NCBI GenBank assembly: GCA_041555515.1
Contig: JBFFKF010000003.1
Location: 1,404 to 65,403, forward strand
Length of the DNA stretch: 64,000 nucleotides
From: Woeseiaceae bacterium
Lineage (GTDB): Bacteria; Pseudomonadota; Gammaproteobacteria; Steroidobacterales; Woeseiaceae
Reading direction: 5' to 3'
The number at the start of each line of letters is the position of its first letter. Within the stretch, counting starts at the first letter, position 1. Below are positions 51,894 to 60,602 of the stretch, piece after piece. Position numbers and translations under genes: made by a program. The notes beneath the pieces were generated by a model. That model saw nothing but the letters and a program-made list of their open reading frames with translations, searched no databases and was not told the origin of the DNA.

Positions 51894-53372
51894 TTAGGTC
51901 TTTCGTCCGCTCCAAAAGTCGGCGTTCTTGATGCCGAGTGCTTCCGGATCGAAGCTATAGGTTTCGACGCCGGCGTCTTTCTGCCGTTCATAGTCGGCGA
52001 GCGCCTTGAGCGCCGGCTTGCCCATGAAAAACAGGATCAGGATGGCGACGATGTTCAGCCAGGCCATGAGCCCGACGCCGATATCGCCGAGACCCCAGGC
52101 GAGGGTCGCCGTCCTGACCGCGCCGTAGAAGACAGATGCCATCAGCATGAGCTTGAGGAACACCATTTCGCCGGGAAAGCGGAAGAAGCGCCTCAGGTAC
52201 GCGATGTTGGTTTCGGCGATGTAGTAGTAAGCAAGCACGGTCGTAAACGCAAAGAAGAACAGCGCAAACGCGACGAAAGGTTTGCCGACTCCTGTTAGCA
52301 CACTGTCGACGGCCAGTTGCGTGAACGCAGAACTGTTTGCGTCCGTGGTTGCCGGCAGGTTCTGCACGATGAAACCACCGTCGCCGCCATGCACGTTATA
52401 TGCGCCTGTGATCAGGATCATGAACGCGGTCGCCGAGCAGACGAAAAGCGTATCGATGTATACCGAAAACGCCTGCACCAGACCCTGCTGCGCCGGGTGC
52501 TGTACCTCTGCGGCCGCGGCGGCGTGTGGCCCCGTGCCCTGGCCGGCTTCATTGGAGTAAACGCCGCGTTTCACGCCCCAGCCGATAGCCGCACCGACGC
52601 CGGCCATGGGCGTGAATGCATCATTGATGATCAGACCGATGACTCTCGGCAATTCCGTAATGTTAAGAATAACGATACCGACCGCGGTCAGGATGTAGGC
52701 AAGTGCCATGAATGGCACGACGACTTGCGTAAAATGCGCGATTCGCTTGACGCCGCCGAAGATGATGATGCCGAGAATGGTCACGACCACGATCGCCGCG
52801 GTCAGCTTGGTGACACTGATCGTTCCGAGAACAGTATCGAATGATCCGTTCATGCCGAACGCGATCTCGGCGGATGTGCTGATCGCGTTAGCCTGTACGG
52901 TCGGCAGCAGCAATCCGACCGCAATGATCGTCGTCACCGCAAACAGCCAGCCGTACCATTTCTGTCCCATCGCCTTCTCGATATAGAAGGCAGGTCCACC
53001 GCGATACTGGCCTTCATCCACTTCCTTGTAGATCTGCCCCAATGCAGCCTCTACATAAGCCGTCGAGGCGCCGAGAAATGCAACGACCCACATCCAGAAG
53101 ACAGCGCCCGGCCCGCCAAAACCGATGGCCGCGGCTACGCCGGCGATATTGCCGGTGCCTACGCGACCCGAAAGCGAGACCGCCAGTGCCTGGAATGACG
53201 AGATGCCCTTGTCAGACTCCTTGCTGGAAAAAAGCAGGCGGATCATCTCGCGAAAATGCCGGACTTGCAGAAAACGGGTGAGAATCGAGAACATCAGGCC
53301 CGCGCCGAGACAAAGCCCAACAAGCCAATAACTCCAGACCCAGCTGTTTATGGTGTCAACAATTGCTTGCAT
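51894..53372 (-). CDS. alanine/glycine:cation symporter (AGCS) family transporter
   Basis: 492 aa and polytopic. The N-terminal LGAGLMFSILTRFLQVRHF pattern is typical of sodium:alanine symporters. Confidence 0.88.
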   Translation of the reverse strand: MQAIVDTINSWVWSYWLVGLCLGAGLMFSILTRFLQVRHFREMIRLLFSSKESDKGISSFQALAVSLSGRVGTGNIAGVAAAIGFGGPGAVFWMWVVAFLGASTAYVEAALGQIYKEVDEGQYRGGPAFYIEKAMGQKWYGWLFAVTTIIAVGLLLPTVQANAISTSAEIAFGMNGSFDTVLGTISVTKLTAAIVVVTILGIIIFGGVKRIAHFTQVVVPFMALAYILTAVGIVILNITELPRVIGLIINDAFTPMAGVGAAIGWGVKRGVYSNEAGQGTGPHAAAAAEVQHPAQQGLVQAFSVYIDTLFVCSATAFMILITGAYNVHGGDGGFIVQNLPATTDANSSAFTQLAVDSVLTGVGKPFVAFALFFFAFTTVLAYYYIAETNIAYLRRFFRFPGEMVFLKLMLMASVFYGAVRTATLAWGLGDIGVGLMAWLNIVAILILFFMGKPALKALADYERQKDAGVETYSFDPEALGIKNADFWSGRKT

Positions 53373-53529
53373 CGAGCCGCCTCGTCGGTAACTTGCCCGT
53401 ATTCGTGAATTCCGGGGATACTACAGGAATCTATTCAAGCTGGCCTGTCGCGCCCGCACCGAACCAAGCATACGGTGCGCAGAAGCCGCAGCCCGAAGCG
53501 GAGAACGGGTCAATCGGGGTATCGATATC

Positions 53530-54576
53530 GTGAGAAAGCTCGGCACACTCTTCGCATGGACTTTTGCGCTGCTTGTGGCGATCGTCGCTTATAACGTCGT
53601 TCAATACCTCATGTTCTGGTCGCCGACCGAAGAGATCACGTTTCGGAACGGCGAAATCGTGCTGTCGGGGCTGCTGATCAAGCCGGCCGAAGAGGGCAGC
53701 TTTCCCGCGGCGATCGTGCTGCACGGCTCGGGGCCGGAGTCTCTCGACGGCCCGTCATACAAGGTCACAGCGAACACGCTGGTACGCAGCGGCTTTGCCG
53801 TGCTTCTTTATGACAAGCGCGGTGTCGGTGACAGCAGCGGGGACTTCGATTCGGCGCTATACGGTGATTTCATCAGCGATGCCATTGCCGCGGTTCAATA
53901 CCTGAGATCCCGTTACGATATCGACGCGAGTCGCATCGGACTTTTCGGAAACAGTGAGAGCGGCTGGTTCACACCCGAGATCGCGTTTCGTGCCGGCAAT
54001 ATCGCATTCATCTTCAACCGCGTCGGCCCACCGTTGCCATGGATCGATACCGTTCTCTGGGAAGCGCGCAACGAATATCTGGAAGCGGGAATCGCCGAGT
54101 CCGACCTGGAAAAGCTGATCGATGCCACGGAAAGAAGGTGGCGCTATTACCAGGCAGCAGGATTCGATGCATCGCTTGCGCATAGCCCGGAACGCGATGT
54201 GCTCAATGCGGATCTGCAAATGCTTCGGCAAACGATTCCACATGCAAAAGAGGTATTGCCCGAAGAGCTGCGACCATATGACCGCGACTTCTACACTGGT
54301 TTTGCGATTGATTCTTCTTACGATCCCGGACCCTTCCTGAAGGAAATCGAAGTGCCGATGTATTACGTGTTCGGCGAGATCGACGTTAACGTTCCAACGG
54401 CCGATTGCGTCGAATTTCTCGATGAATTGCGCGATGAATACGACAAGGACATCAGCTACATCGTGTTCGAGGGCCTTGGACACTCACTGGCGCACTGGAG
54501 CGGAGCCCTGACTGGCGGTTATTTTCCCAAGTACCTGGAAATCTTAGAGACCTGGACTACCGAGCAGGTGCAGTAG
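53530..54576 (+). CDS. alpha/beta hydrolase, N-terminally membrane-anchored
   Basis: GTG start and TM anchor FAWTFALLVAIVAY. Nucleophile elbow GNSESGW and a C-terminal GLGHS His region. Confidence 0.75.
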   Translation: MRKLGTLFAWTFALLVAIVAYNVVQYLMFWSPTEEITFRNGEIVLSGLLIKPAEEGSFPAAIVLHGSGPESLDGPSYKVTANTLVRSGFAVLLYDKRGVGDSSGDFDSALYGDFISDAIAAVQYLRSRYDIDASRIGLFGNSESGWFTPEIAFRAGNIAFIFNRVGPPLPWIDTVLWEARNEYLEAGIAESDLEKLIDATERRWRYYQAAGFDASLAHSPERDVLNADLQMLRQTIPHAKEVLPEELRPYDRDFYTGFAIDSSYDPGPFLKEIEVPMYYVFGEIDVNVPTADCVEFLDELRDEYDKDISYIVFEGLGHSLAHWSGALTGGYFPKYLEILETWTTEQVQ

Positions 54577-54620
54577 TGCGGCAAATAACAATGCCAGGGA
54601 GACCGAACGGGCGCCTTGCC

Positions 54621-54634
54621 CCGAAAGCGGACAT
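54621..54634. repeat. GCGGACAT short repeat copy
   Basis: CCGAAAGCGGACAT in the intergenic gap upstream of the TerB-like gene. Confidence 0.6.
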
Positions 54635-54663
54635 CATGCCTTGCTACTGATATCATCCCCGCT

Positions 54664-55122
54664 ATGTCGCTGCTAGATCTTATCATTGAGAAAACTGGCG
54701 TCAGGATCGCGAGCGATACTGTTGTGAGCGATTATGAAACGCAGATATTGATCGCGTCGCTACTGGCGCTGGTTGCCAGTAGCGATGGCGGTATTTCGCC
54801 CGAAGAAAATATACGCATAGTGAATTTGCTGTGTAAACGCTTCGGACTCAAGTCGGATGAGGCGCTGGAGCTTGTTACCCGTGCGGCGGGCGAGCTTCCA
54901 AGCCGTGATCAACTCGATGAGGTTGTGGATTCCGTCAACGAAGCGCTGACGCGCAGCCAGAAAGAAGATCTAATGTTCATGGTTCTGTGCGTAATTGCAG
55001 CGGACAATCAGAAAGACGCGGAAGAAATGAAGCTGCTTGCCAAGTTGGTTGATGACCTGCAGTTGCCCGAACAATTTATGCAAAAAATCTACGAGCGAGA
55101 ATTCGACGGCCTGTTTTATTAA
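54664..55122 (+). CDS. TerB family tellurite-resistance-like protein
   Basis: Start moved to MSLLDLIIEK (ATG at 54664). Acidic helical TerB-like pattern (SDGGISPEE ... IAADNQKDAEEMKLL). Confidence 0.6.
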   Translation: MSLLDLIIEKTGVRIASDTVVSDYETQILIASLLALVASSDGGISPEENIRIVNLLCKRFGLKSDEALELVTRAAGELPSRDQLDEVVDSVNEALTRSQKEDLMFMVLCVIAADNQKDAEEMKLLAKLVDDLQLPEQFMQKIYEREFDGLFY

Positions 55123-55305
55123 CATGGCTGCGCTGCCCTCAGAAATTTCCTGACTTTTACTGCGAGCCAGCCGTTCGTCGGCAAAACCGTTAATTTCCCA
55201 CATCTGAACGTACGCTCTTATCCCCGAAGCGGATATTCGGCTAGACTTACTGCAAATGGCCGCTAACGAGGGTAAGCGGCCAGTCATACAACCGGGAGAA
55301 TAGGA

Positions 55306-57420
55306 ATGAAAATACCGGTAGTCCTGGGGCTAATTCTAGTTATCTTGTTCGCATCGGGTTGTTCTGGAGAGCCCGCGCCTGAAGAAGCGCCATCGGTCAC
55401 ACGCACCTCAGACGGGACTGTAGTCGACGATGCGGCCATGAGCGACGAATCGGCTGGCGAGAACTGGCTCGCATTCGGACGAACCTATTCCGAGCAACGA
55501 TTCAGTCCGCTCGACCAGGTGAATGACAGCAATGTCGGTAGTCTCGGCGTTGACTGGTATATGGAGCTGCCGGATGCGCGTGGCCTCGTGTCCACACCAC
55601 TGGTTGTCGACGGTGTCATGTATTTCGTCGAGAGCATGAACCGAATCCGCGCGGTAGATGCCGGCTCGGGCGAAGAGATCTGGATGTGGGATCCGAAGGT
55701 ATACGAGCACTCCGATATGCGCATCGGCTGGGAGCACAATCGCGGCATCGGTATCTGGAAGGACAAGGTATACCAGGCGACATGGGACGGCCGCCTGATC
55801 GCCGTCGATCGTGCCAGCGGTAAACAGGTCTGGAGCCAGCGCATCTATGACCAGGGCATGCCGCTCTATAACACGGGTGCACCGAAGATCTTCAAAGGCA
55901 AGGTCATGATTGGTTCTGGCGGCACGGAGGCAGGGCCGAACCGCGGTTATGTAGTGACGCACGATGCAGAGACCGGCGAGTTTCTCTGGAAGTTTTACAT
56001 CGTGCCCGGCAATCCGGCAAAAGGCTTCGAGAACGAGACCATGGAAATGGCGGCCAAGACCTGGACCGGCGAGTGGTGGGAGTATGGTGGTGGCGGTAAC
56101 GCCTGGCACGGGTTTACCTACGATGCCGATCTCGACGTCGTCTACATCGGTACGGGCAACGGTGCACCCTGGAATCAAAAGGTCCGTAGTCCCGGCGGCG
56201 GCGATAACCTGTTCCTCGACTCCATCGTCGCGCTCGATCCCGACACTGGTGCATACCTTTGGCATTACCAGAATACGCCCGGCGAGACCTGGGACTACAA
56301 CTCCAACATGGACATCGTACTGGCCGATCTGGAGATCGATGGCAAAACGGTCAAGGCCATGATGCAGGCGCCAAAGAACGGTTTTTTCTACGTGCACGAC
56401 CGCGAACAGCGCAAGCTGTTGTCTGCCGAAACCTATGTGGAGATCAACTGGGCCACCCATGTCGACCTGGAGACCGGCCGGCCTGTCGAGCGACCGGGTG
56501 CGCGCTACGAGGATGGCGAAGAACGCATTTCGCCGTCGCCGATCGGCGGCCATAGCTGGAATGCGATGTCGTACAACCCGATGACCGGACTCGTTTACAT
56601 CCCGACCATCCAGATGTCGGCCATCTATAACGACGAAGGCGTCGATTCCGACTCCTGGCAATCGGCGGTGTTCGAAGGCGACACGACGGCCGTCGCCTGG
56701 TCATGGGCAGAGGATCGCTCGCACGTCGCAGGATCACTGCAGGCGCGCGACCCGGTGACGAATACGGTGGCGTGGGAAGTCCCGATTTACGGTATGGGGA
56801 ATCCCGGCACCATGACCACGGCCGGCAACCTCGTGTTCCAGGGCCGGGTAGACGGCACCTTGCGCGCCTACGATGCGACGACGGGTGAGGAGCTCTGGTC
56901 ATATAACCTGGGTCTTGGTATTTCAGCGCCGCCGGTCACCTATTCCGTCGACGGCAAACAGTACCTCGCGGTACTCGTCGGCTATGGCGGTGGGCCGGCC
57001 GGCCTGGGCGGGGATATATCCGTCGCCAATGGCTGGGCATATGGCGTTCACGACCGGCGCCTGGTCGCGTTCTCGCTGGACGGCGATACGGCTCTGCCGG
57101 AGCAGCCGCCGCCCGCAGCCGCGCAGCCGATCGAGATGCCGCAGTTTGAAATGGATGCTGCGATGGCCGAGCAGGGCGTTTACGAATACGGCGTGCGCTG
57201 CGCAGTGTGTCACGGTTTCGATGCCATCTCACCGGGCATGGCGCCTGATCTGAGGGCGTCACCGGTTCTCGCCTCTACAGAAGCGTTCGCCGACGTGGTT
57301 CGTGCGGGTAACCGGCAGCACAACGGCATGCCGATCTACGAGCACCTCAGCGACGAACAGTTGCTGCAGATTCGACACTATGTGCGTCGTGAGGCGGAAG
57401 CGGTGTTGGGCGCACAATAG
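55306..57420 (+). CDS. PQQ-dependent dehydrogenase (methanol/ethanol family) with C-terminal cytochrome c domain; lipoprotein
   Basis: 704 aa with lipobox LFASGC and beta-propeller W-motif repeats (GRLIAVDRASGKQVW, DTGAYLWHY, GTLRAYDATTGEELW). The C-terminal haem site is CAVCH. Confidence 0.88.
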   Translation: MKIPVVLGLILVILFASGCSGEPAPEEAPSVTRTSDGTVVDDAAMSDESAGENWLAFGRTYSEQRFSPLDQVNDSNVGSLGVDWYMELPDARGLVSTPLVVDGVMYFVESMNRIRAVDAGSGEEIWMWDPKVYEHSDMRIGWEHNRGIGIWKDKVYQATWDGRLIAVDRASGKQVWSQRIYDQGMPLYNTGAPKIFKGKVMIGSGGTEAGPNRGYVVTHDAETGEFLWKFYIVPGNPAKGFENETMEMAAKTWTGEWWEYGGGGNAWHGFTYDADLDVVYIGTGNGAPWNQKVRSPGGGDNLFLDSIVALDPDTGAYLWHYQNTPGETWDYNSNMDIVLADLEIDGKTVKAMMQAPKNGFFYVHDREQRKLLSAETYVEINWATHVDLETGRPVERPGARYEDGEERISPSPIGGHSWNAMSYNPMTGLVYIPTIQMSAIYNDEGVDSDSWQSAVFEGDTTAVAWSWAEDRSHVAGSLQARDPVTNTVAWEVPIYGMGNPGTMTTAGNLVFQGRVDGTLRAYDATTGEELWSYNLGLGISAPPVTYSVDGKQYLAVLVGYGGGPAGLGGDISVANGWAYGVHDRRLVAFSLDGDTALPEQPPPAAAQPIEMPQFEMDAAMAEQGVYEYGVRCAVCHGFDAISPGMAPDLRASPVLASTEAFADVVRAGNRQHNGMPIYEHLSDEQLLQIRHYVRREAEAVLGAQ

Positions 57421-57478
57421 GCTTAGGCTCGCGGGTCAGCAAGTGCCGACGGTCGATAAGCTGATGTCGTGGAAACGG

Positions 57479-57502
57479 CCGCTTCTTGCGGAAAGCGGAC
57501 AT
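57479..57502. repeat. GCGGACAT short palindromic repeat copy
   Basis: CCGCTTCTTGCGGAAAGCGGACAT, with CCGCTT/AAGCGG arms, in the gap after the PQQ dehydrogenase gene. Confidence 0.6.
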
Positions 57503-57588
57503 TGTCATTCGGCCAGCCGAGGGAAATTTGCGGCTAATGTTCTAAACTACCTGGCAACGGCACGATCGTGCCGGTTTAGGAGAAAAGA

Positions 57589-57987
57589 ATGAGAACAATA
57601 AAGATGCTGAGTTTAGCGACAGTCCTGCTGTTTTCTGCGGGACTCGCTGTCGCTGACGATACCGACACACTTATCCAGCTTGATAAGAAATGGGGTGAAT
57701 CTGAAGGAGCCGATGCCCTGGCGCCGATGTTGCTGGACGACATTATTGCGGTTAGTGCTGATGGTCCTGGCGACAAAGGGGCGATGCTCGAGCAGGCTGA
57801 CAGCGCCGAACCGGCGACTGGGCCCTATGCGGCGGGTGACTATAAAGTGCAATTCTTGACCGACGATATCGCGGTGATGGTTCATAGCATGCCGGCGCCC
57901 GATGCACATTGGAGCATGCATGTATGGCAAAAAGTTGATGGCGAATGGCGCGTTGCCGCGACCGCGGCGGTACCTGTAGCTGACTGA
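57589..57987 (+). CDS. NTF2-like (DUF4440/SnoaL-like) protein, exported
   Basis: 132 aa with signal peptide LSLATVLLFSAGLAVA and C-terminal W.KVDGEWRV, typical of DUF4440-like proteins. Confidence 0.55.
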   Translation: MRTIKMLSLATVLLFSAGLAVADDTDTLIQLDKKWGESEGADALAPMLLDDIIAVSADGPGDKGAMLEQADSAEPATGPYAAGDYKVQFLTDDIAVMVHSMPAPDAHWSMHVWQKVDGEWRVAATAAVPVAD

Positions 57988-58034
57988 TCTGCGCATTACA
58001 TTTGCGCTGGGTCAGGCATATTTTGACCTCGATG

Positions 58035-58069
58035 AAAAAAAGACCCCGCTTCGGCGGGGTTCCCTTTTG
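58035..58069. terminator. bidirectional rho-independent terminator
   Basis: AAAAAAAG-ACCCCGC-TTCG-GCGGGGT-TCCCTTTTG lies between convergent genes (57987 + and 58119 -). Confidence 0.8.
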
Positions 58070-58074
58070 CTGCA

Positions 58075-58102
58075 ATGTCCGCTTCTGGCCGAAAGCGGAC
58101 AT
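58075..58102. repeat. GCGGACAT palindromic repeat, complete copy
   Basis: ATGTCCGCTT-CTGGCCGA-AAGCGGACAT, with perfect 10-bp arms. Confidence 0.7.
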
Positions 58103-58118
58103 ACGCCTGATTACTCGG

Positions 58119-59261
58119 CTAGCGCAACCATTCGGTGACTGAAACGCCGATAAAACTGCCGACGGCATATCCTAAAGAACCAAGCAGCAGCCCCGGGATC
58201 AACAGGTCACGCCAACCTTTCGCTGACGCGAGTGCCGGTGCACTCGCCGGTCCGCCGATGAGAACAGCAGATGCCATCGCCAGTTCTGCGAGATCCAGTT
58301 TCAGGAATTTTCCGATGCCGAACAAAATCACCAGGTGCACGGCAATGATCACACACGCGAAAAGAAACAGGATTGGTGCAATTTCGATGAGCTGCCAGAC
58401 ATCGGCACCGGCGCCGATGCTGGCAAGGAAAATAAACATCATCACGTTACCGGCTTCCCGGTGACCGGAAAGTTTTTCGACCTGCTTCGGAAAAACCGTT
58501 GCGACGATCAGTGCCAGCACCGTAATGACCAGGATCGAGTAATCGGACATGCCGGCAAGGTCGGCGATGACTTTGCCGATCGCCGCCAGGGCGAAAGCGA
58601 GTGCCAGTCCGGTTACCAGGCCGGCAAGATCGAGATCGGGAATTCGATGCACGGACTCCGATTCGGCATCGAAAAGGATGGCATTGTCCATATGGTGCGT
58701 CGGGTAGTGTTTGGCGATCCAGGCGATTCCCGGGATCAGGATGATCAACAGAAAATGCAGGTTGGTGATGACCTGGTCCGCTGCGACAGCAGCAGTCAGC
58801 ATGTTGTCATCCTGCATCGCGGTGGCCTCAGCCACCGCCGCAAAATTCAATCCGCCGCCGATGTAAGTGCCGGTGAAGATGCCGGCGAGTTTTGCTTCTT
58901 CCGGGCCGAGATCAAACAATGAAATGCCGATCAGCACACCGGCAACCACGGCCGCGCCGCCAATAATGAACGCGATGAGCGTCGGGCCGGATTCCTTGAA
59001 TATTCGCTTGAGATCGGCATGAAACAACAGTAAGGGAATGGCGATCGGTACGAGGTAATCCCACACGACGTCATACACGGGCGCCGAGGTGGGAATGATG
59101 CGCAGGTTGGCGAGCACGATGGCGGCGGTGATCAGTAACATCACGCCTGAATATTTTCTGCCCCATGAATATCGCTCGCACCAGAAGCCGAAACCCGCGA
59201 GTGCGATCAGGACCGCCCAGATCGCGAAATCCTGCTCAGGGCCGATAAGAGGCAACGACAT
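58119..59261 (-). CDS. DUF819 family membrane protein
   Basis: 380 aa with about 11 TM segments. The overall pattern resembles DUF819 proteins. Confidence 0.55.
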   Translation of the reverse strand: MSLPLIGPEQDFAIWAVLIALAGFGFWCERYSWGRKYSGVMLLITAAIVLANLRIIPTSAPVYDVVWDYLVPIAIPLLLFHADLKRIFKESGPTLIAFIIGGAAVVAGVLIGISLFDLGPEEAKLAGIFTGTYIGGGLNFAAVAEATAMQDDNMLTAAVAADQVITNLHFLLIILIPGIAWIAKHYPTHHMDNAILFDAESESVHRIPDLDLAGLVTGLALAFALAAIGKVIADLAGMSDYSILVITVLALIVATVFPKQVEKLSGHREAGNVMMFIFLASIGAGADVWQLIEIAPILFLFACVIIAVHLVILFGIGKFLKLDLAELAMASAVLIGGPASAPALASAKGWRDLLIPGLLLGSLGYAVGSFIGVSVTEWLR

Positions 59262-59281
59262 TACCGGGATTTCCGAATGTG

Positions 59282-60535
59282 TTATTCGATGACCGCGGCG
59301 CGCACGAGGCGATGCAGCAGTTCGTTATAGAAAGTGCCGCGATAAGGCATGTACTGCGTCAGCATGATCGCGATCAGTTCCTGCTCCGGATCGATCCAGA
59401 AGATCGTGCTCGCGAGACCGGTCCATGAAAACTCGCCGTTGCTCGCTGGGTAGGCGAGTCGCGTGTTATCGGTAATAACGTCGAAATTAAAACCGAACCC
59501 CCTGCCGTCCGGCATGCGTGCCGGCTGCCGCAAGCGATCCTGCGACATCATTTCAACTGTCAAAGGTGAAAGAAAGCGCTCGCCATTGAAGGCGCCGCCG
59601 TTCAAAAGCATCTGGCAGAATCGCCAATAGTCATCGCTGGTCGAAATCAGTTGGGCGCCGCCGCTGAAGGCGCTCGGCGGACTGAAGAAGTCCAGGTGCG
59701 AGTCGCCGGCGTACGGTTCCCTGACGCCGCTCCCGTTGTGGGTGTAAATGCCGGCGAGCAAAGCGGTCTTATCCGGCGGCACCCAGCCCATCGTCTGGTC
59801 CATGCCGAGCGGATCGAAGAGACGCTCTTTCAGAAAATCGCCGAGCCTCATGTCGCTCCATTTTTCGATCAGGTATCCCTGTATATCGACCGCGACGCTG
59901 TAGTGCCATCGCGTACCAGGCTGGTATAGCAACGGGATAGTCGCCAGTTTGTCGATAAAATCCTGCAGTGACTGGCCGTTGCTGACCATGTCGGCGTCGA
60001 GATACTGCCTGTCGACCGGGGTGTCGCTGAAGATGCCATAGGTAAAACCGGCGGTATGTTGCAGGAGATCCTGAATAGTCGGTTGCCGCTCCATCGGCTC
60101 CAGCTGCAGATTTCCGTGTTCGTCTTCGCCAGCGTATACCTGCAAGTCGGCAAACTCGGGGATGTGCTTGGATAGCGGGTCGGTAAGCGAATACAGTCCG
60201 TCCTCATAAAGCATCATCATGGCGACGCCGATGACCGGCTTGGTCATCGAGTAAATGCGGAACAGGGTTGCGTCGGAGACCGGGACGTTTTCTTCGACCT
60301 TGGCTAAACCGAGGTTTTCGTACAGCACTACCTTGCCGCGCCGCGACACCAGGACCTGGAATCCACCGGTTTCTTCCTCGTCCAGCAAACGCTGTAGTTG
60401 CCGTTTCAAATTCACCAGGCGCTCGGAGGACATGCCGACGTCCTCGGCGCGCGAGATCTCGAGCGGCGCCGCGAATGCCGTAATGTGGAAAAGGAGAACA
60501 GTCACCAGCGCGGTGATCAGGAGGATTTTTCTCAT
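59282..60535 (-). CDS. serine hydrolase (class C beta-lactamase/esterase family), exported
   Basis: 417 aa with a signal peptide and the SxxK motif in IYSMTKPV. Confidence 0.8.
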   Translation of the reverse strand: MRKILLITALVTVLLFHITAFAAPLEISRAEDVGMSSERLVNLKRQLQRLLDEEETGGFQVLVSRRGKVVLYENLGLAKVEENVPVSDATLFRIYSMTKPVIGVAMMMLYEDGLYSLTDPLSKHIPEFADLQVYAGEDEHGNLQLEPMERQPTIQDLLQHTAGFTYGIFSDTPVDRQYLDADMVSNGQSLQDFIDKLATIPLLYQPGTRWHYSVAVDIQGYLIEKWSDMRLGDFLKERLFDPLGMDQTMGWVPPDKTALLAGIYTHNGSGVREPYAGDSHLDFFSPPSAFSGGAQLISTSDDYWRFCQMLLNGGAFNGERFLSPLTVEMMSQDRLRQPARMPDGRGFGFNFDVITDNTRLAYPASNGEFSWTGLASTIFWIDPEQELIAIMLTQYMPYRGTFYNELLHRLVRAAVIE

Positions 60536-60602
60536 TGCGTCTACCGGGAGGGGTTTGTCAGTTTTTATCGTAATTCAGTCGTTCGTTTAATTCTAATGCC
60601 GC

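Noticed and set aside
53373-53529. A glycine riboswitch upstream of the alanine/glycine:cation symporter gene.
   Set aside because: Reading the minus-strand leader, I could not find the conserved GGAGAG ... CACCG ... GGGGCAA-type cores of glycine riboswitches. A covariance-model scan (Rfam RF00504) would settle it.
57302-57592. A 96-aa ORF (…WKRPLLAESGHCHSASRG…) and the 138-aa ORF at 57752-58168 (…MSAFGQKRTLQQ…).
   Set aside because: These peptides are translations of the GCGGACAT repeat elements and intergenic or antisense sequence, not genes.
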